IMG/VR virus record: IMGVR_UViG_3300030110_002660
Strand: one strand, 5' to 3'
Length of the DNA: 64,000 nucleotides
DNA from: an uncultured virus (IMG/VR IMGVR_UViG_3300030110_002660)
Lineage: Duplodnaviria > Heunggongvirae > Uroviricota > Caudoviricetes
The notes under the pieces are model-generated. The model was not told the DNA's origin and did no database searches. It saw only the letters and a program-made list of their open reading frames with translations. The translations under genes and the position numbers were made by a program. Shown here in pieces: positions 50,186 through 59,552 of the stretch (position 1 is the stretch's first letter; every line of letters starts with the position of its first letter).

Positions 50186-50413
50186 ATGATTGATAAAAAA
50201 AAGATTGAAGAAAGAAAGGTTACATTGGAAAAGGATGTTGAAACAATGTCAAACCTTATTGAAAAACTTGATAAAGAGCGAAACAATGCACTTACAAGAA
50301 TAACAGCTTTATCTGGTGCAATTCAACAATGTGACCAATTTCTTCAAGAATTAGATAACGAAAGTGATGTCGGTGATAATGCCGACAGTAGCATTCCCGA
50401 TAAGAAAAAGTAA
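50186..50413 (+). CDS. Small coiled-coil protein
   Basis: GAGGTG RBS; heptads; LSGAIQQCD. Confidence 0.65.
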   Translation: MIDKKKIEERKVTLEKDVETMSNLIEKLDKERNNALTRITALSGAIQQCDQFLQELDNESDVGDNADSSIPDKKK

Positions 50414-50440
50414 TTCTTACGGGTTTATAGGAGATAAAAA

Positions 50441-50887
50441 ATGGCTGATAAAAAAATTACAGCATTAACAGATTTAGGTACTGGAGTTGCCGCTGAAGAT
50501 TTACTTCATGTTATTGACGACCCATCAGGTACACCTGTTAATAAAAAAATTAGTATTGCTAATTTATTTAACAATTTTCCAACATGGTTGGCATTTGATT
50601 CTACACCACAGGCAATAACTTCTGCTGGTGCAGTTAATCTAACAACTGCAGTAACAACTGTTGCAACTTCTGGTGCGATTGCATTAACACTTGCAAATGG
50701 TAGCACAGGACAAGTTAAAATCATCACTATGATTACAGATGGTGGCGATGCAACATTAACACCAACTACATTAAATGGATACACAACTGTTACATTTAAT
50801 ACAGATGGTGATGCTTGTATATTATTATATACAGATTCAACAGCTGGTTGGAGTGTAATTGCTAATCAAGGTTGTACTCTTGCATAA
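50441..50887 (+). CDS. Probable structural/fiber-like protein
   Basis: [26 protein letters not shown]-terminal motif; beta-rich C-terminus. Confidence 0.6.
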   Translation: MADKKITALTDLGTGVAAEDLLHVIDDPSGTPVNKKISIANLFNNFPTWLAFDSTPQAITSAGAVNLTTAVTTVATSGAIALTLANGSTGQVKIITMITDGGDATLTPTTLNGYTTVTFNTDGDACILLYTDSTAGWSVIANQGCTLA

Positions 50888-50900
50888 GAGGGATTGAATT

Positions 50901-51122
50901 ATGACAGAAAAACTGATTAAATATGGTGCTGGCGGAAAACCTATGGTTGATGAAAAACAAACATTGATTGAGGTTTCTCCCGAAGCTCCTGAAATTACAT
51001 CTACTAAAAAGACAAGTAGAAAGAAAAAGAAAGTTTTAACTGAAGTAATATCTGATGAATCTTCTAATATAAAATTGGAAGATTCTAATGATGATAAGGG
51101 AAATAAAAATGAAAAGATTTAA
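50901..51122 (+). CDS. Hypothetical protein
   Basis: 73-aa ORF with GAGG RBS; contains LIE and LTE sites. Confidence 0.5.
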   Translation: MTEKLIKYGAGGKPMVDEKQTLIEVSPEAPEITSTKKTSRKKKKVLTEVISDESSNIKLEDSNDDKGNKNEKI

Positions 51123-51570
51123 AAGTTTTGTAACAGAAGAATCACGTTCAGATTTGCCAGCATCTAGTGTTGGAGTTAATCCAGGCTTTGGTGGTGAAAT
51201 GATTGGTGATAATATGAATCTTGCAGACCTTAGTAATGATATGGTTGTAAAAGAATTGAACTCATATGTTGGTTCGATTAGTGGAGAATATTTAAATCCA
51301 TACCATGCAATCAAAAAATTACGTGAAGCATTGAATTCTGTGGGTATTGATTTTAATGTACCTACTTTTTCAGGCGACAATGGTGAAATATCTGAAGTGT
51401 TGATTGTTCATGGTGGTAAATTTGGAAAAACTGGAGAAGAAGCACCAGACGAAATAACAAATGACCCAACTGGACAAGCACACATGAGAGAAAATCCAAT
51501 TAAGATTCATTTTACACACGATTTAAGTCCTGCTGGCTCAACTCTGTTGACTGCAAGACTTGGTGAATAG
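51109..51570 (+). CDS. Hypothetical protein with a capsid-targeting-like leader
   Basis: Start re-called at MKRFKSFVTEE (AAGG RBS); GGKFGKT motif. Confidence 0.65.
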   Translation: MKRFKSFVTEESRSDLPASSVGVNPGFGGEMIGDNMNLADLSNDMVVKELNSYVGSISGEYLNPYHAIKKLREALNSVGIDFNVPTFSGDNGEISEVLIVHGGKFGKTGEEAPDEITNDPTGQAHMRENPIKIHFTHDLSPAGSTLLTARLGE

Positions 51571-51603
51571 TAGATTTAGACTTTAACAAGTTGTGGTTTT
51601 ATT

Positions 51604-51966
51604 ATGTATGAAAAGATAACACAGGATAACTGGATGATGTTTGCTATTAAGCATTACAATAATCCAGAATGTGAAGGCGAACAAGAGTTTAAAGATGATT
51701 TAAAGAAATTTAAATACATTAAACGACTTCTTCGCAAATATTATGAAACAGGTAATTTAAAAAAAACCTTGTTATTGAATCATATAACACTTTTGATTAA
51801 TGTGTTTGGTGGAGAAGTAGCTGCAACTTTGTTATTGTTTAAAATAGATAGGAAATATTGGGGTGCATTAAAAGCATTTATGTTATTTTTAAATATATTA
51901 AGACCAGATGAATTACTTGATATAGAAACTGACGAGGTGCTTTTAAAAGAATTAAAAGAGTTATAA
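51604..51966 (+). CDS. Conserved T4-like hypothetical protein
   Basis: FAIKHYNNP.C...EF..DLKKFKYIKRLL...LLLNHI...NVFG. Confidence 0.75.
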   Translation: MYEKITQDNWMMFAIKHYNNPECEGEQEFKDDLKKFKYIKRLLRKYYETGNLKKTLLLNHITLLINVFGGEVAATLLLFKIDRKYWGALKAFMLFLNILRPDELLDIETDEVLLKELKEL

Positions 51967-51968
51967 AG

Positions 51969-52703
51969 ATGGAAAAAAAATTTACAACATTTAAAGAATT
52001 TACTTATTCACGACCTGATAGCACTAAGTTTCCAATAGCTAAAAAAGGTGGTGGCGTAGAAAGGTATAAAAAGCTTGGTAGTGATGCAAATTTAAAAAAA
52101 GCTATGGCTGATGCCGAAAAAATAGTTCCAATTAGACAAAGCCCAAAACAATTAAAACAATTTATTGCTATTCTTAAAAAGAAGTATAAAGAATATGGTG
52201 GTAAGGATAAAGACCTTTTAAATTCCTTTACAGAAAAATTAGAACAAAAGATATCAGAATCATTTAAAGAAGATGTATTAACAGAAACTAGAAATCCATT
52301 CAAATATGACCATTCACTTTATGCCAGAGATAAGGATACAGCGCCAAGAAAACCGGGATGGACAAGAATATCTGCTGAAAAAATGCTTGTACGAGGTGGA
52401 AGCGCACCAAAAGAACTTTTAGATTTATTTGCTAACAAAATGAATCAATCAAATAAAAGTGATAAAGAAAGTCTTGAATATGCAGTTAAGAAAGGAAATA
52501 AATCGAGTATGCTTATCAATTCTTTTAAAGAATCAATTGAAGAAGAATATAAACCAGAAGTCAAAAAGGCTGAGTTAGACCTTATAAAACAAATAAAAGC
52601 GTATGTATATCTACCAATATCTGCACAAGAACGTGCAGTAGATAAATCACTCAAACAATTAAAAGATGTAATCAAAAAATTAAAAGGTAAAACACGAACA
52701 TAA
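51969..52703 (+). CDS. Modular basic protein, probable internal protein
   Basis: Leader KKFTTFKEF; internal SFTE, SFKEDVLTE and SFKESIEE repeats. Confidence 0.55.
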   Translation: MEKKFTTFKEFTYSRPDSTKFPIAKKGGGVERYKKLGSDANLKKAMADAEKIVPIRQSPKQLKQFIAILKKKYKEYGGKDKDLLNSFTEKLEQKISESFKEDVLTETRNPFKYDHSLYARDKDTAPRKPGWTRISAEKMLVRGGSAPKELLDLFANKMNQSNKSDKESLEYAVKKGNKSSMLINSFKESIEEEYKPEVKKAELDLIKQIKAYVYLPISAQERAVDKSLKQLKDVIKKLKGKTRT

Positions 52704-52720
52704 GATAAAGGAAAATAGAA

Positions 52721-53332
52721 ATGGGCTCAGCAATTGATTTATTTGTCGCATATCGTTTTATAAGGATTCTTACAACTCCTTTTGAAAAATCAGATGCATT
52801 TAAATTAGGTATTATAGACAATAAAGGTAATAGAATTAAAAAAGAAAATTCTAGTAAACCTGCTGTTGAATTAACAACTTCCGAATTAAAAAACGCATAT
52901 ACTATTTTACATAAACTTGTTTTTAATATTAAAAAAATATTTTTGAAAGTGCCTGGCATAAAAACAAAAGTAGGTACATATGCAGCTGCATTATTTTTAC
53001 TTAAAGATACATTTAAAGAACATTTTGAAGACCCACGATTTATAGAAAAAACATTTTTGGAATATTTAAAAGAAAATTATGAAATAGATGATAGTATATC
53101 TGAAGAAGTCATTGGATTTGGAGAGATATTACCTAAAGGAGAGTATGTACTTCAAAGTGATATTTTAAGTCGACAGTCAGAAGATATAGTTGCTAAAAAA
53201 GGTGATAAAGTTTTTGCGACACAAGATACTTCTCCTACAGATACTATTTTAGGTGTAGAAATCTTTTCTGTTATTCATGAAAAATCAAAAGAAACAATAT
53301 ATATAAGCTTAGAGGATATAAAAGAGAGATGA
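52721..53332 (+). CDS. Conserved T4-like hypothetical protein
   Basis: DLFVAYRFIRILTTPF...AFKLGIID.KG...YT.LHKLVFNIK...YAAALFLLK. Confidence 0.75.
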   Translation: MGSAIDLFVAYRFIRILTTPFEKSDAFKLGIIDNKGNRIKKENSSKPAVELTTSELKNAYTILHKLVFNIKKIFLKVPGIKTKVGTYAAALFLLKDTFKEHFEDPRFIEKTFLEYLKENYEIDDSISEEVIGFGEILPKGEYVLQSDILSRQSEDIVAKKGDKVFATQDTSPTDTILGVEIFSVIHEKSKETIYISLEDIKER

Positions 53333-53619
53333 ATAAGAAACCAAAATTTGCTGAAATAATGAAACGATATTATACTGATGAAACATTAGGACTCGAAAAA
53401 CCTAAAACTGAATTGCCAGAAGAAGTACCAACAAACGCAACTGGTACAGCAGTATCAGGAACAGGTGATGATAGTTCTACTGTTCCAGTTCCACCGAGAA
53501 AGAAAAAAAAGTTTATTCAAATGGACGGTAGAATGAGAGAAGCTAAAAAATTCGTTGAACGTATCATGAAATTAAGAGCAAAAAGAGAAGAAGCAAAAAA
53601 ACAAAGACAGGTTAGTTAA
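53329..53619 (+). CDS. Hypothetical protein
   Basis: EEVPTNA motif; basic C-terminus; overlaps the previous stop. Confidence 0.6.
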   Translation: MNKKPKFAEIMKRYYTDETLGLEKPKTELPEEVPTNATGTAVSGTGDDSSTVPVPPRKKKKFIQMDGRMREAKKFVERIMKLRAKREEAKKQRQVS

Positions 53620-53621
53620 AA

Positions 53622-54227
53622 ATGAAAAAAACTTTTAAGGAATATGGTTATCCTTATCTTCCTATTGATTCATTTAAACCCGAATCCGATTTAAATGCAT
53701 CTACTCTCAATGCATATGGTTCTAGTGGTGCTAGTTATTTCGACACATATAAACCAATGGTAACAGGTCAAAAAAGAAAATTAGTATCTAAATCTCAACT
53801 AGACCAAGTTGAGAAGTATGCAGATAAAATTTTTAGGTCTTTAAAGATTGATATAGAATTTTCTAAACATTTTCTTGAAAGATTAAATGATGCAAGAAAC
53901 AAGGAACAAATAACTACTAACGAATTACTTAGTTTATTTAAAAAATCACGACAAAAACATGGTACTAAAATAAAAGATATGGGTGCAAAAGCACAAGCAG
54001 TCATTGCTGATATGAATAGTGATGTTAATATACCATTTGTATTGACTATAGATAAAAAAAATAATGAATTAGATTTGATAGCTAAAACGGTAATGAGAAA
54101 AAAAGATTTCAAAACAAGTAATCCAGTACTAAGAGTAGAGAATTTTAAAAACTTTAAAGAATTTAATGAATTGTTGGATACAGTTGATAAACTCGATAAA
54201 GCAAAGAAACCAAATAATTCCAAATAA
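53622..54227 (+). CDS. Hypothetical protein, possible RelE/BECR-like fold
   Basis: MKKTFKEY leader; IEFSKHFLERLND...KTVMRK pattern. Confidence 0.5.
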   Translation: MKKTFKEYGYPYLPIDSFKPESDLNASTLNAYGSSGASYFDTYKPMVTGQKRKLVSKSQLDQVEKYADKIFRSLKIDIEFSKHFLERLNDARNKEQITTNELLSLFKKSRQKHGTKIKDMGAKAQAVIADMNSDVNIPFVLTIDKKNNELDLIAKTVMRKKDFKTSNPVLRVENFKNFKEFNELLDTVDKLDKAKKPNNSK

Positions 54228-54234
54228 GAGATAA

Positions 54235-54242
54235 TATAAATA
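54235..54242 (+). promoter_or_regulatory. Late promoter for the lysis-like cluster
   Basis: TATAAATA. Confidence 0.75.
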
Positions 54243-54251
54243 GATAATAGT

Positions 54252-54320
54252 ATGAATAGTTATGCAATAGCAGTGTGTATCATGATATCATTATGGTATG
54301 TTTATACTGTACATAAGTAA
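54252..54320 (+). CDS. Possible 22-aa hydrophobic peptide
   Basis: MNSYAIAVCIMISLWYVYTVHK immediately after the late promoter; no SD. Confidence 0.3.
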   Translation: MNSYAIAVCIMISLWYVYTVHK

Positions 54321-54337
54321 AAGGAGTTTGAAATATA

Positions 54338-54721
54338 ATGGGATTTAAAGGAATGATTATTATGGGTGTCTTAATGGCGACTATGGCAGGTGGATTTTAT
54401 TTTTATTATAAGGATACACAAAATCGTATTCAAATATTAACAAAGAATAATGCTAAATTAGAAACAGCAGTTCAAACTCAACAAACAGCGATAGATACTT
54501 TACAACAAGATGCAGAAAAGTTTAATAAATTAAATCAAAAATTGCAAATTAATTTAGATAATGCTGAAAAGGAGAAAGACGCACTATATAAAAAATTACA
54601 AAGACATGATTTAACAAGATTAGCATTGAGAAAGCCAGGATTAATAGAGAAGGTAATAAACAAAGCGACTAAAAAAGAAAATGAATCTATAGAAGATTTA
54701 ACGAAAAGACCAACGAGGTAA
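54338..54721 (+). CDS. Inner-membrane spanin (Rz/PseT.3-like)
   Basis: N-terminal TM helix, long coiled coil, KPGLIEKVINKAT; adjacent to a lipoprotein. Confidence 0.7.
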   Translation: MGFKGMIIMGVLMATMAGGFYFYYKDTQNRIQILTKNNAKLETAVQTQQTAIDTLQQDAEKFNKLNQKLQINLDNAEKEKDALYKKLQRHDLTRLALRKPGLIEKVINKATKKENESIEDLTKRPTR

Positions 54722-54727
54722 TATATT

Positions 54728-55114
54728 ATGGAAATAAAAACAGCATTATTAGTATTAGGATTAATTTTTGGAGTAAATGGTTGTTCTTGGTTAAGCGGAA
54801 CAAAAGATTTAAATGTAAAAACTATTCAAGTTGATAGAAATATTCCTATTCAACCTTGGCCGAAACCAATATCAATGAATGGAATACATTTTTATGTAGT
54901 AACTGAGGAGAATTTAGAAGATTTTAAACAAAGATTTTTAAAGAAAAATTCAGAGTTAGTATTCATTGCGATGTCTGTAAGAGATTACGAAAATCTTGCA
55001 TTTAATGTTCAAGATGTAAAACGATACATCAAACAACAAAAGGAAATTATTATATATTATGAAATAGTAGCAGAAGGCACAAAGAAAGAAAAAATAAAAA
55101 AAGAGGAAGAATAA
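54728..55114 (+). CDS. Outer-membrane lipoprotein spanin (Rz1/PseT.2-like)
   Basis: Lipobox VNGC, Pro-rich segment, DYENLAFN.QD.KRYI.QQK.II.YY. Confidence 0.7.
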   Translation: MEIKTALLVLGLIFGVNGCSWLSGTKDLNVKTIQVDRNIPIQPWPKPISMNGIHFYVVTEENLEDFKQRFLKKNSELVFIAMSVRDYENLAFNVQDVKRYIKQQKEIIIYYEIVAEGTKKEKIKKEEE

Positions 55115-55115
55115 A

Positions 55116-55715
55116 ATGGAACTAGATATAATAGCATTAGCAATGAAATTTTGGCAATGGACAATAGTGATTGCTTTAGTAATATTAGGTTGTGTTGTTA
55201 ACCTATTTGATAAAAATAACGAAAATAGAGTCAATTTTAAATATACAGAAATGCCTCATATGAAACCATTACCTATAAAGACAAAAGGTAAAGGTTTCTG
55301 GAAAGGTATCCTAATGTGGTTACTTGGTGTAAGACATTGGGAGATTGCAAAAGATTTTACTTTCGAACTTGAAGGTAAAAAATATATCATACCTAAAGGA
55401 TTTGAATTTGATGGAGCTTCAATTCCGAAGTTTCTTCATACATTTTTATCCCCAATTGGCGTATTATTAATGGGGGGACTTGTACATGATTATGCTTACA
55501 AGTATCAAACCTTATTAATACGACCACCAAAGCCGGGTTTAAAGAAACAAACTATGGGTATCATAACTCAAAAAAGAGCAGATGAAATCTTTAGAGATAT
55601 TGGTATAGAAGTAAACGGTTTCTTTATTATGAACTACTTAGCATACTGGTCATTAAGACTAGGTGGTTTTATGGCGTGGAATAAACATCGTAAAGTCAAT
55701 GCTAAAATTAAGTAA
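55116..55715 (+). CDS. DUF1353-like membrane-anchored protein
   Basis: IPKGFEFDGASIP, LVHDYAY, ADEIF, LRLGG. Confidence 0.75.
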   Translation: MELDIIALAMKFWQWTIVIALVILGCVVNLFDKNNENRVNFKYTEMPHMKPLPIKTKGKGFWKGILMWLLGVRHWEIAKDFTFELEGKKYIIPKGFEFDGASIPKFLHTFLSPIGVLLMGGLVHDYAYKYQTLLIRPPKPGLKKQTMGIITQKRADEIFRDIGIEVNGFFIMNYLAYWSLRLGGFMAWNKHRKVNAKIK

Positions 55716-55733
55716 ACTAAAAGGAGTAACTTT

Positions 55734-55895
55734 ATGAACTGGATAAACAATAGACTTAAAGAAAGAACATCATGGGATGGCGCAACACTAATTGGATTTG
55801 GTGTTGTTGTTGTTTTTTTTAGTCCCATTGCTAAGTTATGTGCATATGGCGCTATAGCTTATGGTTTATGGACTTTGATAACTAAAGAAGACTAA
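55734..55895 (+). CDS. Small two-TM membrane protein, holin-like (53 aa; not in the ORF track)
   Basis: AAGGAG RBS; MNWINNRLKERTSWDGATLIGFGVVVVFFSPIAKLCAYGAIAYGLWTLITKED. Confidence 0.65.
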   Translation: MNWINNRLKERTSWDGATLIGFGVVVVFFSPIAKLCAYGAIAYGLWTLITKED

Positions 55896-55918
55896 ATTAA
55901 TTAAGGAGAACTGCTAAC

Positions 55919-56425
55919 ATGTCAGAAATGATTAAAGGAAATGGTAATAATGTATCATCGAATAAAAAGAATTTAGAAACAGCAATTGAATTTCTGCAAC
56001 GAGATGTTGCAGATATGCAAAATATTCATATCAGATTAGACAAAGCAATTACGAAGATTATAGATGTATCAAATTCTATTCATATCATGTTAGCAGTTCA
56101 TGAAGAAAAGATTGAAAGACAAGATGAAATTCTTAGTGATAATTCAGCACAAATAGAAAACAAAAGAAAAGAATTAGCAACCGATATTAAAGAACTTCAT
56201 AGTAGAATTAGTACAATTAATAGAGACTTATATGAAAGGATTACTAATACCGAACAACACATTATAAATGAAAACCAAAAAATTCAACAACAACTAAAAC
56301 AACATATTGAAAGTTTAAAGGTTAACTTAAATGATAGAGTTAGTCTTTTGGAAAAATGGAGATGGTTAATCATTGGTGGTGCAGTTGTAGTGGGATTTAT
56401 ATTAAATAAATTTATCAAATTTTAA
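55919..56425 (+). CDS. Coiled-coil protein with C-terminal TM (gp61.1-like position)
   Basis: MLAVHEEKI, RVSLLEKWRWLIIGGA; directly upstream of primase. Confidence 0.7.
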   Translation: MSEMIKGNGNNVSSNKKNLETAIEFLQRDVADMQNIHIRLDKAITKIIDVSNSIHIMLAVHEEKIERQDEILSDNSAQIENKRKELATDIKELHSRISTINRDLYERITNTEQHIINENQKIQQQLKQHIESLKVNLNDRVSLLEKWRWLIIGGAVVVGFILNKFIKF

Positions 56426-56427
56426 TC

Positions 56428-56456
56428 TTGACATTTTCTTTTTTTTCGTGTAGTAT
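56428..56456 (+). promoter_or_regulatory. Sigma70-type promoter for primase/nrdJ
   Basis: TTGACA-17nt-TAGTAT. Confidence 0.75.
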
Positions 56457-56474
56457 TATAAGAAACGATTTATT

Positions 56475-57491
56475 ATGTACAACCATATTGATATAGAATT
56501 CATGAGGAGATTAGCTCCTCAATTAAAACAATTTAAAGAAAAGGGAAATTATCTTTTTAATTTTAGATGTCCTTGTTGTGGCGATTCCAAAACAAGTAAA
56601 GTGAAAGCCAGAGGATATGTTTTTCAAAAAAAGAATGATTTCTTTTACAAATGTCATAACTGTGGAGTGGGAAAAACATTGTCAAATTTAATAAAATATG
56701 TTGACGCAGATTTACATAAAGAGTATGTAATGGCGAGATATACATCTGGTATTCATTCTTCTGAAAAACCAACATTTGATTTTAAACCACCAGAATTCAA
56801 TACACAAGACCAACTTATGTTTGAAGATTTTTTATATCAACTTAAAACTTTTGATGATTTAAAAACTTCATCACACCCAGCAGTAAAATTTGTAGAACAA
56901 AGAAAAATTCCAGAAAAATATTATTCTCAATTATATTTTGCACCCGAATTTTTTAAATTTACGAATACACTTTTACCTAATAAGTTTCCATCACTTAATG
57001 GAGACCACCCAAGATTAATTATTCCTTTTTTTGATAAGGAAAATGTTTTCTTTGGTTATCAAGGCAGAGCATTTGGAAAAGAAAATCCAAAATATATTAC
57101 TATAATGTTAAAAGAAAAAAATAAAATATTTGGTCTTGATAGAATTGATTCTAACCAACATGTTTTTGTTGTTGAAGGGCCGATTGATAGTCTGTTTCTT
57201 GATAATTGTCTTGCTGTTGCTGGTGCAGATTTTAAACTAGATATGGATGAAAAAGATTATACGGTTATCTATGATAATGAGCCAAGAAATGTGGAAATAA
57301 TAAAAAGAATGGAAAAATCAATTGAACAAAATCAATCAATTGTAATTTGGCCTGATAATATTGAAGAAAAAGATATTAATGATATGATACTTTCTGGGAG
57401 AACTTCTGTTGAAATTCATAGAATTATAAGTAAGAATACTTTTTCTAATTTACATGCTAAAACAAGATTAATAAACTGGAAAAAAATTTAA
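56475..57491 (+). CDS. gp61: DNA primase gp61
   Basis: FRCPCCGDS...CHNC zinc finger, QGRA, VEGPIDS, YDNEPRN, KDINDM TOPRIM motifs. Confidence 0.95.
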   Translation: MYNHIDIEFMRRLAPQLKQFKEKGNYLFNFRCPCCGDSKTSKVKARGYVFQKKNDFFYKCHNCGVGKTLSNLIKYVDADLHKEYVMARYTSGIHSSEKPTFDFKPPEFNTQDQLMFEDFLYQLKTFDDLKTSSHPAVKFVEQRKIPEKYYSQLYFAPEFFKFTNTLLPNKFPSLNGDHPRLIIPFFDKENVFFGYQGRAFGKENPKYITIMLKEKNKIFGLDRIDSNQHVFVVEGPIDSLFLDNCLAVAGADFKLDMDEKDYTVIYDNEPRNVEIIKRMEKSIEQNQSIVIWPDNIEEKDINDMILSGRTSVEIHRIISKNTFSNLHAKTRLINWKKI

Positions 57492-57505
57492 GGAGTCATA
57501 AACAA

Positions 57506-59455
57506 ATGCAAAAAAACTTACCTACTCAATATCAACAATTTATTCACCTATCAAGATATTCAAGATGGATACCTGAGCAAAATAGACGGGAAACATGGGA
57601 AGAAACAATATCAAGATATTTTACTTTTTTTGAATCCCATTTACAAAAATTACACAAATATAAAATGCCAGATAAATTGAAAAAACAATTGAAAGATTAT
57701 ATTTTAGACTTAAAAATTATGCCATCTATGAGATGTCTTATGACCGCTGGTGAAGCACTTGAAAAAGAAAACATAGCAGGATATAATTGTTCGTATGTTG
57801 CAGTAGATAGACCACAAGCATTTGACGAAATTCTTTACATTTTAATGAATGGAACTGGAGTAGGATTTTCTGTTGATAGACAATCGGTTAATAATCTTCC
57901 AGATGTCGCAGAAGAATTTCATCCTAGTGATACAAAAATAGTTGTCGCAGATTCAAAACTTGGTTGGGCAAAAGCATTCAAAGAACTTCTTGCGATGTTA
58001 TATCATGGACAAGTTCCAAAATGGGATTTAAGTAAAGTAAGACCAGCAGGGTCGCCATTAAAAACTTTTGGTGGTCGTGCATCTGGGCCAGAGCCATTAG
58101 ATGATTTATTTAAATTTTCTGTTAAGGTAATGCGTAGTGCCGCTGGTAGAAAACTTACTTCTCTTGAATGTCATGATATTATTTGTAAGATTGCAGAGGT
58201 TGTTGTTGTTGGTGGTGTAAGACGTTCTGCATTAATTTCTCTTTCTAATTTATCTGATGATAGAATGAGAGCTGCAAAGACAGGAAGATGGTGGGAAACA
58301 GAACCACAAAGAGCACTTGCAAATAATTCTGCGATATATACTGAAACTCCAGATATGGGAATATTCTTAAAAGAATGGAGGTCATTATATGATTCTAAAT
58401 CTGGTGAAAGAGGAATTTTTAATCGTGATGCTGCCACTAAGGTTGCTTCTGAAAATGGTAGAAGAGAAACTGATGGAATCGAATTTGGAACTAATCCTTG
58501 TTCTGAAATCATTTTACGTTCAAGAGAATTCTGTAATTTATCAGAAGTCGTGGTAAGAGCAGAAGATACTATGGAAACCTTAAAAGAAAAAGTAAAACTT
58601 GCAACCATTTTAGGAACTTTTCAATCTACATTAGTCAATTTTAAATATATTGCTAAAGAATGGAATAAGAATTGTAAAGAAGAAAGACTTCTTGGAGTTT
58701 CACTTACAGGTATTATGGAATGTCGTTTTACAAATGGTAAAGAAAGTGGTTTAGAAAAAAGATTACAAGAATTAAAACAAATTGCAGTTGATACAAATAA
58801 AAAGTATGCAAAAGATATTGGTATTAATCAATCAGTTGCAACTACCTGTGTTAAACCATCTGGTACAGTTTCTCAATTAGTAGATTCTGCGTCTGGTATT
58901 CATACAAGACATAATCCATTTTATATTAGGACTGTGCGTGGAGATGCGAAAGACCCATTAACACAATTAATGATTGATGCTGGATTTCCTCATGAAGAAG
59001 ATTATATGAATAAACATAGTATTGTTTTTTCTTTTCCACAAAAAGCAGATAAAGATTCTGTTTTTAGAACTGATATGAGTGCAATAGAACAACTAGCAAT
59101 TTGGAAAATATATCAAGTAAATTGGTGTGAACATAAACCATCTGTAACTATTTCTGTAAAAGAAGATGAGTGGATGGCAGTTGGTGCTTGGGTTTATGAG
59201 AATTTTGATTATATGTCTGGTGTTTCTTTTCTACCTCATAGTGACCATATCTATAAACAAGCTCCATATCAAGATTGTACCGAGAAGGAGTATAATGAGT
59301 TTGTGAAGAAGATGCCGAAAGATGTGGACTGGGGATTACTAAGTAAATATGAACTATCTGACCAGACTATCGCTAGTCAAGAATTAGCGTGTACTGGGCC
59401 AGAGGGTTGTGATGTTACTTTTAGTACCCCAACAGGAATCGGTGGTATATCTTAG
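57506..59455 (+). CDS. nrdJ: Class II (adenosylcobalamin-dependent, monomeric RTPR-type) ribonucleotide reductase
   Basis: PSMR, YNCS, GGVRRSA, TNPCSEI, CVKPSGTVSQL, EHKPS, C-terminal CTGPEGC. No class I YY motif and no adjacent nrdB. Confidence 0.88.
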   Translation: MQKNLPTQYQQFIHLSRYSRWIPEQNRRETWEETISRYFTFFESHLQKLHKYKMPDKLKKQLKDYILDLKIMPSMRCLMTAGEALEKENIAGYNCSYVAVDRPQAFDEILYILMNGTGVGFSVDRQSVNNLPDVAEEFHPSDTKIVVADSKLGWAKAFKELLAMLYHGQVPKWDLSKVRPAGSPLKTFGGRASGPEPLDDLFKFSVKVMRSAAGRKLTSLECHDIICKIAEVVVVGGVRRSALISLSNLSDDRMRAAKTGRWWETEPQRALANNSAIYTETPDMGIFLKEWRSLYDSKSGERGIFNRDAATKVASENGRRETDGIEFGTNPCSEIILRSREFCNLSEVVVRAEDTMETLKEKVKLATILGTFQSTLVNFKYIAKEWNKNCKEERLLGVSLTGIMECRFTNGKESGLEKRLQELKQIAVDTNKKYAKDIGINQSVATTCVKPSGTVSQLVDSASGIHTRHNPFYIRTVRGDAKDPLTQLMIDAGFPHEEDYMNKHSIVFSFPQKADKDSVFRTDMSAIEQLAIWKIYQVNWCEHKPSVTISVKEDEWMAVGAWVYENFDYMSGVSFLPHSDHIYKQAPYQDCTEKEYNEFVKKMPKDVDWGLLSKYELSDQTIASQELACTGPEGCDVTFSTPTGIGGIS

Positions 59456-59465
59456 TGCCAGAGCG

Positions 59466-59530
59466 ATTTTAAAGGGGCATTTGGACGCTGTTAATAGCGC
59501 CAAGGGTGTTTGTATCCCACCCCTTAAAAG
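59466..59530. other. GC-rich branched stem-loop between nrdJ and the RuvC-like gene
   Basis: AAGGGG/CCCCTT encloses TTGG-A-CGCTG-TTAA-TAGCG-CCAA and GGGTG-TTTG-TATCCC. Confidence 0.5.
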
Positions 59531-59552
59531 GTCTTAAAATGATTGATTTGAA

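Noticed and set aside
57480..57506. Cobalamin riboswitch upstream of nrdJ
   Set aside because: Only 14 nt separate primase and nrdJ, and no B12-box was seen.
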